From Octopus vulgaris (Eukaryota), in contig OX597815.1 of the NCBI GenBank assembly GCA_951406725.2, positions 1,054,001 to 1,118,000 on the forward strand: a stretch of 64,000 bases of DNA, in the 5' to 3' direction. The position numbers were made by a program, and so were the translations under genes. Below the pieces are notes generated by a model, which saw nothing but the letters and a program-made list of their open reading frames with translations, ran no database searches and was not told the DNA's origin. Positions 63,035-64,000 of this stretch are shown piece by piece (the stretch's first letter is position 1; each line of letters begins with the position of its first letter).

Positions 63035-64000
63035 ATTGGCTCATCCTATAAATATTGCAGTTTTTTCAGTTGCATGAACTAAAAGTCGGAAGGGGACAGG
63101 ATAAACTGCCTGCATCAACTTGCTACAGAAGCAGGTAGTAATATTACCTGGTTCTTATTCTTAGTGCTAATTTTGAAGAGTGCCGTTCGGTTTTAAAAGT
63201 TATTTTTTTAAAGTTATAATGAAAGTAACAAAGGAGCATATTCAGCACATTTTGCTTTCGGAGTTCAATAAAGACAACAACACGACGGAAAGTGCGAGGA
63301 ATATTGATGCAGTATATGGGGATCGGACAATAGGCATAAGCCAGTGTCAACGGTGGTTCCAGAAATTCCGAGCTAGAAACTACAGCCTAAAAGACGAGCC
63401 TCATCCTGAAATATCTGTAGAGCTCGACGAGGACGTCTTGCAAACCCTGGTGGAGCAAAATCCCATTGTTACTGTTGAGAAACTATGAGAGAAGCTTAGA
63501 TTTGGTCATTGAACCATTCATCGACACCTGCATGCCATTGGAAAAGTCAGTAATTCGGGTCAATGGGTTCCTCACAAACTTTCCGAGTGTAATTGTGTGC
63601 AAAGAGTGAATGTGTGCTCTTCTTTGCTGTCACGTCTCATGAATGAACCTTTTTTGGACTGAATAGTGACTGGTGATGAGAAATGGGTTCTCTACAAAAA
63701 TGTCCAGCGCCGAAGACAGTGGGTAGGAAAAGGAGAAACACTGACACCCCAGGCTGAAGAAGGTCTACACCCACATAAGGTGTTGTTACCTGTTTTAGTA
63801 GGATATGAAAGGTTTAGTCCACTTTGAACTTTTAAACCCAAACCAAACAATAAAAAAACGAGATTTACTGTGAGCAGTTTGAGTGGCTTAAGTCAGCACT
63901 AGAAGAAAAACGACCATCTTTGGTTTCAAGACAAAAAGTGTTCTTCCATCAGGATAATGCTTGGCCACATACTGCAAGGATGACATTCCAAAGGTTGGAG
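63035..64000 (+). mobile_element. Mariner transposon with pseudogenised transposase (ATG 63219), runs off the window
   Basis: HTH region (AVYGD..QRWFQKFR), WVPHKL, IVTGDEKW, FHQDNAWPH; in-frame stops; TIR-like ATTGGCTCATCCTATAAATATTGCAGTTTT. Confidence 0.92.

Noticed and set aside
63180-64000. Domesticated SETMAR-like gene or active transposase
   Set aside because: Multiple stops and frameshifts; no SET domain

Overview
Repeat-dense, AT-rich animal genomic DNA. The microsatellite and SINE landscape suggests an octopus-like coleoid cephalopod (inference). I could not identify any host protein-coding gene with confidence; a weak minus-strand first-exon candidate lies at 36086-36263, so much of the window may be intronic. 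Most of the window is tRNA-headed SINEs (several with clear target-site duplications) and decayed retrotransposons. These include at least five R4/Dong-type restriction-endonuclease LINE fragments sitting in microsatellites, RTE-clade LINEs (one near full length and GC-rich, 38.46-42.15 kb), CR1-type tails and Penelope-like remnants. There are also three Tc1/mariner-superfamily relics. The most notable items are: (1) a ~390-bp TSD-flanked palindromic element whose two arms each carry a Pol III B-box and a hammerhead-ribozyme core; (2) a second minimal hammerhead at 11.74 kb; (3) a full-length U6 pseudogene fused to the 5' end of a SINE; (4) an R4-clade family apparently targeting (CATA)n; (5) a ~600-bp inverted duplication 15 kb apart; (6) a 53-bp-stem hairpin beside a foldback-like element. 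All coordinates and identities were read by eye.
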